NCBI GenBank assembly: GCA_001275005.1
Contig: JWZX01003333.1
Coordinates: 1 to 36,444, forward strand
Length of the DNA: 36,444 nucleotides
Source of the DNA: Chrysochromulina tobinii
Taxonomy: Eukaryota
Direction of reading: 5' to 3'
In this document: piece after piece, positions 1-9,300 of the stretch
Layout of the letters: every line of letters begins with the position of its first letter
How positions within the stretch are numbered: the first letter of the stretch is position 1
Program-made: the position numbers and the translations under genes
Notes under the pieces: generated by a model
Database searches by the model: none
The model's input: only the letters and a program-made list of their open reading frames with translations
What the model was told of the DNA's origin: nothing

Positions 1-62
1 AATTGACGAAACCCAGATCGGGTAGCAATTGACGAAACCTGCCCGCGGTGATTGACGAAACC
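1..62. repeat. Three short direct repeats (A)ATTGACGAAACC in the 3' non-coding region of the element
   Basis: Copies at 1-13, 27-39 and 51-62 with unrelated 11-13 nt spacers, plus a degenerate ATGATGAGAACC near 75-86. Confidence 0.8.
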
Positions 63-220
63 TTGGTCGTGGCCATGATGAGAACCCCATGCGTAGCGGG
101 GGGCTCGTAGAGCCCGCCCTCATCAAGGGCCATCTCCCGTCCCGCGAAGCGCGTCCCCACTCCTCAGCTCTCGAGCTGACCGTCCCTGTGCGTGAGTCGG
201 TTCCTTCCGGCAGCGGGTCG

Positions 221-1351
221 CTACCGGAATGATGCCGGCTGCACCCAACCCTTGCACAGGGTTTCCAAGTCCGCCCCGGCGGCGTCGCCCACTGCGGCGG
301 AGCCACTGAGGTGGGCCTCGGCTAGGGCTCGCTGGTAGATGAATGCTATGTCCGAGTGCCAGCGCCCCCTCTGGGTGATGATCCTCTCGGCGTCAGCCTT
401 GAAGACGTCGCGCCAGTCCGTGGCGCCCCCGATCCTGAAGCTGCTGGCCCCGAATTCGTACGGTTCGAGGCCCAGCGCCCTCGCCATGGCCTGCGCCAGC
501 TGGCGCGTGTCGATCGTGTTCCACCCCGCGCCGCTCCGGCTGAGGAAGAAGGGTTTGTCGGTGAGGGCTCCCTCCACGCGTCCCAGGGTGGGCGGCTCGG
601 TGCCGCTGCTTGCCCGCCATGCCAGAACGACCGCGTCGTATGTGCACAGCGGGTCCGACCCGATTGCTCCCCCCGCCTGCCGGCGTCGCACCGCCATGGG
701 GCAGACGCGCCGACGAGCCACTACGTCCTTGATCGGGACGACGTCCCACGTGAGCCAGGGGAGGTGGTTGCTATCCGCGCATGGCGCCTTGAACTCGATG
801 ACGCCGAAGGAGGCGTCTCGGGTCGCGTCCCATTGCTTGCCCTCGACCACACCGAGCTCGCCTCCGCGAAGGAGGAGGTTGTGGGCGACTAGCGCCGCTG
901 CCCATTCGATCATGCCACGGGCTGACGACCGATCGTATCCTATCGCCGCCAGGCTGCGCAGCATTGCGGCCCGAATGCCGCGCTTGAGCCGGCGCGTCCC
1001 TGGTGGGGCCTGCAGCTGTCGCGCGCGCTTGGAGGCTGCGGGCGCCAGCATGTTGACCTGCTGCATCGTGACCACGTAGTGGGCTTCGCAGCTCCGTAGT
1101 ATCTTGATGGCGGACACGTACCCGTCCACCGTGTCGCTGTTGAGTGGGGTGCCGAGACGGTGCCGCTGCCGCGACCCCTTGCGCCTGATGTATTCGGCGA
1201 AGAGGTCGAGCGTGTCCTGGTTGTAGCGCGCCGCGAGCATGTCCGCAGCGTGCTCCAACGGCATGAAGGGCGTCCTCCCGGTGGCCCGGAGAAAGTCTCG
1301 GAACCACTCGAGAGCGGTGCCCAGCCTGTTGCAATCCCAAGTCTCTCGCAC
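221..1351 (-). CDS. Tyrosine recombinase of the retroelement (true N-terminus probably continues in the 1352-1783 frame)
   Basis: Catalytic motifs LLRGGEL (Arg), IKD (Lys), SSFRIGGAT (the HSFRIGGAT box with His replaced) and GRWHSDIAFIY (Trp and catalytic Tyr). Confidence 0.92.
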   Translation of the reverse strand: MRETWDCNRLGTALEWFRDFLRATGRTPFMPLEHAADMLAARYNQDTLDLFAEYIRRKGSRQRHRLGTPLNSDTVDGYVSAIKILRSCEAHYVVTMQQVNMLAPAASKRARQLQAPPGTRRLKRGIRAAMLRSLAAIGYDRSSARGMIEWAAALVAHNLLLRGGELGVVEGKQWDATRDASFGVIEFKAPCADSNHLPWLTWDVVPIKDVVARRRVCPMAVRRRQAGGAIGSDPLCTYDAVVLAWRASSGTEPPTLGRVEGALTDKPFFLSRSGAGWNTIDTRQLAQAMARALGLEPYEFGASSFRIGGATDWRDVFKADAERIITQRGRWHSDIAFIYQRALAEAHLSGSAAVGDAAGADLETLCKGWVQPASFR

Positions 1352-1783
1352 CCGTTTTGGTAAGGCTCTTGCGGAGGTCCGCTAGTAGCTCTCCTCCTCC
1401 CGGCTCGGCTGCCCCGCTGATAAAACCGTCGGCAATCGCTGCTCCGAGTTCGCCCAGCATGCCGCACTCGCTCGCGAGCTGCTCAACCCGTTGCATTTGC
1501 AGTGCGAATGCGACGCTCCAGCCCGTTTGCACCGTAATCACCGGCCGCGTCGTTGCGGCTGGTTGTCGTGGCGCCGTCCGCGGTGTCCCTGATCCCAATC
1601 CCAAAATATGCGCTTTGAGCTGTGCTTCGCCGCTCCCTCGATGGCCGCGCGCGTCCTCGCGGTCGCGGTCGGCCTTCGAAGGTGGCTGCCCGTTGCGCAG
1701 CGCCCTGTGTCCCCGCTGAAGCTCCTCGCGCAGCTGGTTCACCAGGGACGAGCCCGTCGAGACCAGTCGTCTGTTACGTGAGC
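1352..1783 (-). CDS. Probable N-terminal extension of the YR ORF, opened by a splice acceptor at 1784 and joined to the YR frame by a +1 discontinuity near 1355
   Basis: The frame of ORF 771..1742 reads as helical protein (WSVAFALQMQRVEQLASECGMLGELGAAIADGF...LLADLRKSLTK). Removing one A from AAAA near 1355-1358 gives TKRVRETWDCNRLGTALEWF in the YR frame. Confidence 0.55.
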
Positions 1784-1868
1784 CTGCGTGGGCGCGTGAT
1801 TCGGTCAGTCTCCGTCAGTCCCCGTAGGGCAGCGCGCGCTGCTGGCGTGCTGCTGCTGCGTGCTGTTG

Positions 1869-4800
1869 CTATCCCCTTCCCTCCTCGGGCGGATCGCCGC
1901 GAGTGAGTGCTCCCGTTCCAAGCGCTACCGCCCGACGCAGCGCCTCCCACATCTCCGGTGTGATGTGGGCGCGTCTGACGCTCAGGCTCGCCGCCTCCGC
2001 GTCTGCAACCACCGCTGCCGGAATGCGCCAGCCGGCGCCGTCAGCCAGTGCGGTGGGGTGGCTCAGTCTGTCCGCGTCCACGTTCAGCTCGCGCGGCACC
2101 GCCACTCCCAGCCACAGCGTCGTCAGTTGACCCGCCTCGCGCAAGATGCTGCGCATCTGCGCCGTGGGGCTCGTCGCTGCGTTGAGGGCGGCCGCTGCCG
2201 GCGCGCAGTCACCGATGGCCGTGATCGCCGTCGCCCTGCGTCCTCTCTCGCTCGCTACTGCGTCGGCTACGGCGATGATGCCGAATAGCTCTGCTGCCGG
2301 CATCGAGAGTGACCCCCCTCCTGTTGGCACTGTCCCCGTCTCGGCCGCTCTGTCGAGCGCGGCCTGGATGTCCGCCGGCCACTTCTCAGAGACCAGCCAG
2401 ACTTCCCCGGGGCTGTTTGCGTCGAAGAGATATCCCCCGACCCCGTCGATGCCACTGGCGTCCGTGGTCACCGTATCCATTCCGAGCTCATCAAGTGCAG
2501 GGAATGACAGCTCGGGTGCGAGCGCCACCCCGACGTTGAGCTCGAGTAGCTCGGCTGCCACAGCCAGTAGCCCCAGCCAGTCGGTCTGCGCACTGCTACC
2601 TGTGCGTAGACGCATGCGGCGGAGGCGACGTCGCCGCCCGCCCGCTTGCCACGACGCCTTGGTGATGGCGTACCCTCCGTGTAGCACGGACTTGAGCTCT
2701 GGGAGAATCTGGGAGATGTTGACCAGCCGCCCTACCAGCGTCTCGGCGCGATCTCGGTCCACCTCGAGCGCCTCACGAGCTGCCTCTGCCTGCTTGGCCA
2801 GATCTGCCAGCATGGATGCCCGCTTGAGCGGCGGGCAGTCGATCCGCCTGGCCGCCCGGTCGATGCGCAGACCGAGCCCGATGACGGGGTCGCCCGCTAC
2901 CACCTTGTGGGGCGCCGCGTCGAGGCCTACGTCCCTGAGCCCCGCGACGGTGAGCTGCGCGTGTACGTACACGCGTGTGCTCGGGCTCGCCGCGGTTCCT
3001 CCCTCGGACCGGACCTGCTCCGGGCCGATGCTGATCCCTCGTACCTCGTCCGGCTCTGTCACCGGGTCGTCGAGTGCTGTGCCCATGAAATCATCAATGT
3101 ACACTTGCAGGTGACTGGGCATCGCCTGCACGTGTGCATTGGGTAGCTCCCCGCGAGCCTGGGCGGCGCGACGCTCGCTCATCCAGCGGCGAGCCGCCGG
3201 TGGCGGTGGCTGTGCCTCGTCGAACGCCGCCTGTTTCGTCCTAATGTGGGCCACGACCATGGTCGAGATGCGCTCGAACCTGTTGGGGGCGAAGGAGCCT
3301 CCGAACGCCGTCCGTCGGTCGACACAGATGCCTGCGCTGCCCTCTGCGTCCCACCACAAGAAGCACTGTTGCCACAGGTCCGCCTCTTGCGTGGGGCAGT
3401 ATCTATAGGCGGATTGGGCGTCTACCACGTACGAGCCCACTCGCGTTGCGTCGTCGCCAGCCGTGTCGCATATAGCTATCCCCCTCCCAAATTGCTGCAC
3501 CGTCGGCAGCTCCACCCAGCACTCGTGGTCGGGAACGCCGGCGTTCACCGACCGATCCCCGCCGTTGCTGCTGTCCTGGGTGACGCGCGGCTTCGGGTAG
3601 AGCTCGAGTGTAGGTTCTCCGCCACTCTCGCTCGGCACCAGCCTCGACCGTTCCTGCATGACGACGTTCCTCGGTAGGAGGCGGCACGGGACAAAAGGCA
3701 GGTGGCGGATCGGCTGATCTACCCACTGCTCCGCGATATCCGTCGCGACCGCCCGCTCGGCTGCGTCCACGTTCTCGATGAGCCCCAGGTGGTGGAATGC
3801 CAACACCGTGTCGAGCGGACAGTCTGAGCGTGACTCTATCCCGCCCTCGCCGACCTGGCTCACGATGTCACGATCGTGCCAGTCTAGCGCGGCTGCCACC
3901 GCCCGAAATGCGGCGCGGTCGATTTGCTTCCCCCCCTTGAACGTCGTGTGCCTCGTCGAGGGCGTCACCAGCTTGCAGTCAAGGGGGTCGGAGCAGTTCC
4001 AGACCACTCCCTGTGCCCACGTCCGCATCTGCTCTTGCCCGATGGTTCGAGTGGGGACCGCCGGTGGTGTGCGGCCCTCTTTTAGAGCTTTGGCCGCCCT
4101 GTCTGCGAGCTGTAGCCACGGCGTCACGATCCCGTCGTACACACCATCGAGGTACAGCTCCCCGATTGCGATGCTGCCCGCCCGTATGCGCTCTGCGCGT
4201 TCCACCGCGTGCTCTTCAGCTCCTGGCTGCGGCGGGCGCATGTGCGGCCTTGGCTTCCCCTTCGGCTTGCTTGGCGCTTGCGCTGGCCAGTGCATGCCCA
4301 CGGGGAACGCCTCGTGCCGGAGGCTCTCCAGCGATGCCGGCCTGCGGTTGCGCATAGACGCAAAGCGCGGTGGGCGGTGCCTGGCTTCCTCGCACGCTCG
4401 TGCGACCCCTGGACCCAGCCGCGGTCCGTCTGCCACGCGGCCGCCCCCGAGTGCCGCCGCTGCTCCCCTGCTGAGCTGGTGCTGCCCCTCCTCTTCCCTG
4501 CGCTCGCGTGCTCTCGCCGTCAGCGCGGATGCCAAGAAGGCGTTCATCGCGAGCGGGTAGGCGGCTGATGCCGCTGAGAGCGAGGATCCGTCGGCTGCCC
4601 GGCCGTGAGCCCGTCCGTCGTGCGCTGTCGCGCCGTGGTCGCACGGACGTTGGCGCAGCGGTGCCAGCAGCCCCTCGAGGTCCGATGAGTACGCGACCGT
4701 CGTCCATTTCTGCGTGGTGGCCCCAAATGCACACTGCGCAAACGTGGCTTCGCGCGCCCCTGCTGCTCCAGCGATCGCGGTCGCCACCGCCGGCTGTAGC

Positions 4801-6350
4801 CACAGCGGTGCGTGATCCGCGTGTTTCTCCCAAAAGGCCGGCGATCGTCGGTCGCCCCGATCCGCAGGATTCTCGATCACCCACGAGGCGCCCGCCGCAT
4901 GCGCTGCCGCCACCAGATCCGCCGTGAACTGTGCAAGTTCATTGTGCTTCCCCAAGTACCTCGCCCACTCGCTCGGCGTGTTCTGCAGACCAAGGGGCTG
5001 CCGCCGCGAGCGCAGCTGCGGCCGGTGAGCTATCGAGTAGCTCTGGCAAGGCGTGGCGATGAACACAGACGTGAAATCGCCGCGCCGCACCGCGTCAAGC
5101 AGGTGGCGGCGTGGCTGTGGCCTGAGCACGTTGTGTTGTTCACCGCCCTGCTTCGTGTCGATCGCCACCACGTGGAGCCCTCGAGCTCTCAGGTGTGCAG
5201 CGAGGTCCCGTTCGCTCCCCGGTCCGGCGAACACGATGAGCACCTTTGCCCATCCCGTGTCAGTCGTGTCGACTTGATCCGTGCTCGCCTCGCTCGTCGC
5301 GCTGTCATCGCTTGCCTCGCTCTGGTCGCTATCCCGTTGGCTGTCCTCTGCGTCTCCAACCCGGTCCATCATCCCCGCCGCCGCCGCCATCATCCCCGCC
5401 GCCGCCGCCCCGGCTCCAGCGGTCACGGACTCGCCCCCAGCTAAGGAGAAGAATCTTGAACCGGTGCTGAGAGCGGGCGGCTGCGACGGTGATGAGGGCG
5501 GCAAGGCAACAGCGAGCTGACTGGCCACGTCGTCCGCTTGCGCGCACCTGGTGGAGATCCAGCTGGCAATCGCGTCACCGTGGCAGCGGCTGGGGCTGCA
5601 CCCGCAGCGTAGCCACAGCGTCTCCCCCTTGCGCGCCCGCTCGGCCAGCCAGCTGAGCGCCAGCAGTCGGCTCTGTGGCGGCGTCCGAGTGCTCTTGGCG
5701 TGTGGCGGGGGCAGTCCTCTGGTGCGTGCGATCTGCTCTGGCGTCGACGCGCCTCGTAGCAGTTCCCCATATCCGTCGACCACCGCGTCCCGTTGGGCTT
5801 CACCGTGCATGAGCAGCGGGTTGCCGAACACTCCCATTTGATCTCCAGATCGCCGAATGTCGATCTCCCCAGTCACAAAAGCGTCGCCTGGTCCCAGTAC
5901 GACCACGCGACCGGCGGATGTGAGTGCCGTCTCGCTTGTATTCGCCGCGGCCGGCGGCGCGGCTATCGTTTCGTGCCTCGCCTCGGCGCGTATGCTTGTG
6001 CCCGCGCCGACGTGTGGCGGTTTGACCACTGAGATGGTGGCCTCGACCAACACGGCTGCAAAGGCGACGCGCGGAGGTTGCCTCCTGCGACGATCCAACC
6101 CCCCAAGTGCTTGCCCAGCTGGCTCGACCCTGCGCTTGTCCCCGGCTTCCGCTGTTGATGTGTTAGCTCGTTGCCCAGCGGCCTCTTCTGCTGGCTCAGC
6201 CCTGTTACCGCTCGACCCCGTTGAGGTCGACGGCTCGCCTTCGCCCGCAGCGTGTCGCCGCTCCCTGTCCAGGTACGCGTCGAGTCGTGCCTCGAAGCCA
6301 CCCTCCTGACCCAGCCCCGGCAGCGGATCGCTGCCTGGGCTGGCAATTTC
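1869..6350 (-). CDS. Pol polyprotein: DUF4326-like, C5 DNA methyltransferase, reverse transcriptase, RNase H
   Basis: The frame stays open from 6350, 84 codons upstream of the TTG at 6098. DUF4326-like DIRRS..FGNP...LRCGCSPSRCHGDAI (~5550-5880). MTase VLIVFAGPG, TPCQSYS, IENP, QCAFG, AAYP (~4530-5250). RT VVDAQSAYR, FGGSFAPNRF, VYIDD (~3090-3430). RNase H TTDASG, AAELFG, IGDC, NVDADRLSH (~2060-2470). Confidence 0.92.
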   Translation of the reverse strand, partial: EIASPGSDPLPGLGQEGGFEARLDAYLDRERRHAAGEGEPSTSTGSSGNRAEPAEEAAGQRANTSTAEAGDKRRVEPAGQALGGLDRRRRQPPRVAFAAVLVEATISVVKPPHVGAGTSIRAEARHETIAAPPAAANTSETALTSAGRVVVLGPGDAFVTGEIDIRRSGDQMGVFGNPLLMHGEAQRDAVVDGYGELLRGASTPEQIARTRGLPPPHAKSTRTPPQSRLLALSWLAERARKGETLWLRCGCSPSRCHGDAIASWISTRCAQADDVASQLAVALPPSSPSQPPALSTGSRFFSLAGGESVTAGAGAAAAGMMAAAAGMMDRVGDAEDSQRDSDQSEASDDSATSEASTDQVDTTDTGWAKVLIVFAGPGSERDLAAHLRARGLHVVAIDTKQGGEQHNVLRPQPRRHLLDAVRRGDFTSVFIATPCQSYSIAHRPQLRSRRQPLGLQNTPSEWARYLGKHNELAQFTADLVAAAHAAGASWVIENPADRGDRRSPAFWEKHADHAPLWLQPAVATAIAGAAGAREATFAQCAFGATTQKWTTVAYSSDLEGLLAPLRQRPCDHGATAHDGRAHGRAADGSSLSAASAAYPLAMNAFLASALTARARERREEEGQHQLSRGAAAALGGGRVADGPRLGPGVARACEEARHRPPRFASMRNRRPASLESLRHEAFPVGMHWPAQAPSKPKGKPRPHMRPPQPGAEEHAVERAERIRAGSIAIGELYLDGVYDGIVTPWLQLADRAAKALKEGRTPPAVPTRTIGQEQMRTWAQGVVWNCSDPLDCKLVTPSTRHTTFKGGKQIDRAAFRAVAAALDWHDRDIVSQVGEGGIESRSDCPLDTVLAFHHLGLIENVDAAERAVATDIAEQWVDQPIRHLPFVPCRLLPRNVVMQERSRLVPSESGGEPTLELYPKPRVTQDSSNGGDRSVNAGVPDHECWVELPTVQQFGRGIAICDTAGDDATRVGSYVVDAQSAYRYCPTQEADLWQQCFLWWDAEGSAGICVDRRTAFGGSFAPNRFERISTMVVAHIRTKQAAFDEAQPPPPAARRWMSERRAAQARGELPNAHVQAMPSHLQVYIDDFMGTALDDPVTEPDEVRGISIGPEQVRSEGGTAASPSTRVYVHAQLTVAGLRDVGLDAAPHKVVAGDPVIGLGLRIDRAARRIDCPPLKRASMLADLAKQAEAAREALEVDRDRAETLVGRLVNISQILPELKSVLHGGYAITKASWQAGGRRRRLRRMRLRTGSSAQTDWLGLLAVAAELLELNVGVALAPELSFPALDELGMDTVTTDASGIDGVGGYLFDANSPGEVWLVSEKWPADIQAALDRAAETGTVPTGGGSLSMPAAELFGIIAVADAVASERGRRATAITAIGDCAPAAAALNAATSPTAQMRSILREAGQLTTLWLGVAVPRELNVDADRLSHPTALADGAGWRIPAAVVADAEAASLSVRRAHITPEMWEALRRAVALGTGALTRGDPPEEGRG

Positions 6351-6353
6351 TCA
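6311..6353 (-). promoter_or_regulatory. Putative UGA readthrough signal: stop codon, 7 nt spacer, 14 bp stem-loop
   Basis: Minus strand reads TGA GAAATTG CCAGCCC-A-GGCAGCG-ATC-CGCTGCC-G-GGGCTGG, and gag and pol are in the same frame. Confidence 0.65.
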
Positions 6354-9300
6354 GATCTTGGCCTGTAGCGAGGCGACGCACGCTGCCCTTACCTTGTCCA
6401 GTGTGCCAGGCGGTACCGCCGGTGCTCCCCCGGCCTTTTTGGCCATGTCCGCCTGTGTCGTGCACGAGCGGCATGGTGGCGAGCCGATCGCTCCGCCCTT
6501 GCAGCCGCACGCGAATGCCGCGAATGCGCACGGCAGTTGGGCGTTCGAGAGGGTCGGGTGTGCTAGCCGGAGGAGATAGTCGAAGTGCTCGACCGCTCCC
6601 AGCCTCTTCGTCTTCTTGTCGATCAGCATCGTGATGCTGTTCGCCGCGAACGAAGGGACCCACGCGCGTCCGGCCGCTGCCGCCGCTGCTGCCGCCGCCG
6701 CTGATGTCGCGGCAGCTGCCGCCGCCGCCGCCGCCGTCCCGGCCGTCGTCGTCGACGTTGCCGCCGGTGTCCCCCCTGCCTTGGCCGCCTCGAGCTTGGC
6801 TGCGTATTCAAGCCGTCGCCGTTCCCCACGTGGTACCTTGGCGTCGCCCTCGGCGGTGATCACCGGCGCCTTGTGCTTGTTTCCCGCGGCCAGCGCCTCT
6901 GCTGCTGCTTGCTTGCCCGCGCGGGCCCCCGCCTCCTCCGAGTGCTCTTCACGACCGAGTGCCTCGAGCTTCTCGCGCATGTCGACCTCGATGAGCGATG
7001 CCCATCCAGTTTCGAGCACATTCGCGCGCGAGCGCTGGTGGCGTGCGCCGCGGTCCGCTCGCTGGAACAAGTCCTCAAAGAGCTCAGTCGCCTTGACGAC
7101 GGTGAGCTCTCCGAGTGCGTCTCGGGCGAGGTCGTGCATCCCGTAGTCCTCACGGGTGCCCCCGTCCTCACCGAGGGCCTTGACGCGGATCGCGAGGAGG
7201 ATCGTCCCGAGATGCATCATCGCAGTCTCGATGTCCGACGTCGCCTTCGGGCCGGTGGTTGTCCCCCAGTGGCCCGCTCCCGACTTCGAGCTCTTTGTGG
7301 CCCTGTTGTTGCTGGGTTTGGTGGACCCGAGCAGCTTGACAATCAGGGCGAAGTCGACAGACTTGCTCCCCCCCTCGACCTTCACCGCACCCGCGAGGGA
7401 TGATGTGAGGATGGCGAGAGAGAGTGCCTCGATCTCCCCCGTGCATTCCCCCGCCCGCTCCTCGGTGACGAGGCGTTCGATGAACGCCTCGATGAACGCG
7501 AGGAGCCCCTGTTGTGCCAGTAGAACCGGCGCTGCGATGGAACCTGCGAGGTCACAAGTGTGTTACCGCGTCAGCTTCCCCGACGACTGTGCGCGGCGGA
7601 TCGCTCGCGACAGTGTCGCCCCCGTTCGTCCCCGTCGCCCCGTGCGTCCCCTGTTGCTCCCGTTTCCCGATGGGCACGAGCCGGGTTTGGGTCGCTCTGG
7701 TCCAATCACTCCACGCGCCGTGCTGGGCGGTACGCTGCGACTGTCCCTTCGCTCCCCGCCCTCGTCTGCGCCCTGTTGGTTTGCTCCCCCGCGCTGTGTC
7801 TTGTGTGTGTGGGTGTGCGTGTTCGAGTGTGCGGCGCGCACCGTTGCCCGCGAGCGCGTCCTTGTACGAGCCGTCGGATGACATGAGCGCTCTCGCGGCG
7901 TCGCCGTACGAGGTGCCGACGATCCTTCGCGCCTCGTCGATCGGGTCGGCGCTGTGCTCCGCTGCTGCTTCTGCTTCCACGACCCCGGGCTCAGTCAGCT
8001 GCGTAATGATGGATGCCGCGCAAGAGAGCGCCGCCGTCGCCATCGAAGTACGCCGCACGAGCTTGACGCGAGCCGGATCGGCTTCGCTGCCCGCGTCCTT
8101 GAACGCGATCTTGTCCGGCTTGCCCGGCGAGATCTTTGTGTTCTGGTACGCCGTGATGATCTGGCGGAGCCTGTTGCCTGCTTCACGCCAGTCAGGTGGT
8201 GGTAGCTCAAAGTTGACGCCCGCTCCTTTGAGGATGATCGCGTAGTCTTCCCCGGCCGAGGTCGCCATCTCCTCGGCGGTGTCCCCTGCGAAGAGTGCGC
8301 CGGCTGGAGGCCTGCCCACCGCTGCCGCCATCGTGTCTGCCAGCAGCTGCAGCGTGGCGCCCCGTGCTTGTGCAATTTTCTCCCATGCTGCCCCCGGTGT
8401 CACCGTGCCGGTGTTCGCCGGCCTTAAAAAGGGCAGCGTCTCCGTCCACGCGGTCGTCGGTGGCCGTGGGGGCGGTGCTGTGCCCCTTGGTGCCGTTGGC
8501 GCCCCTCCCCCCAGTGCTGCCGCGGCGGCCGCCGCCGCCGCCGCTGTGGTTGCCGCCGCGATTGTTGCCGTGGTGGCCGCGGCCGCCGCGAGTGCCGCCG
8601 TGGCTGCCGCCGCTGTCGCGGACTTGGCCTCGGCCGATCCGATCGACTTCGCGAGCGCCTCGCCTACGCCAGACGGACCCAGCGTAACCCCCAGCAAGGA
8701 TGAAAGGCTCGCCGACATCTTGGCTGTGTCCCCGATGGTGGCTGAGTCAAGTGAGTCCACCAAGTCGCCGATGGCCGACTTGAGTGCCTCGGCCGCCCGG
8801 TAGAGCTGTGATTTTGGTTCGTCGTGTGTGCCCCCCGGGTCGCCCGCTCCGAGGTGTGCAAACACCACTGCGAGGGGCCGTTCGATAGCAGGATCCCCAG
8901 TGAGCCCAGCCACAAACCCCGCATAGTCGGTGACACCGGTATGCACCCCACGCGTTCCGATGTCGGAACCGATCGTCGTCAGAGCCGCGATGCGCATGAG
9001 CGCGTTCGGTCCGGTTGCCAGGTTGCCCAGTAGGATCTTTGCCGCGATTGCGACGGCTTCGGTCGGTACGCCGGCTGCCGCTTATGATCGGGCGGCGTGA
9101 TGTTCGTCCCAGCCCAGTGTTCCCAGATGTTTGGTCCCATGATTGCCTCGAGGTCGTTAAGCTTTCGCATGACCACGGTGCCTCCAATCTTCAATTGGAC
9201 TGCCTCGAGAGGGCCGGTGCTGAGCACGGGCTCGATGGTGACGCCCCAGCCCCATTCCTGTGGCCAGCGTCGCCGCCCGCGCTCCGCGTTTGAGCCCCGA

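Noticed and set aside
1..90. CRISPR-like array or hammerhead ribozyme
   Set aside because: Repeats (12-13 nt) and spacers (11-13 nt) are too short, there are no cas genes and the context is eukaryotic. TTGACGAAAC lacks the CUGANGA-stem II-GAAA hammerhead core.
1325..1351. Tiny GT-AG intron to fix the YR frame
   Set aside because: GTGCGA...CAACAG is only ~26 nt and its removal does not produce the YR frame.
1869..6350. Bacterial retron, DGR or group II intron RT, or prophage integrase
   Set aside because: The RT is followed by RNase H and a DIRS-type YR, sits behind a gag-like ORF, and lies among intron-containing eukaryotic genes.
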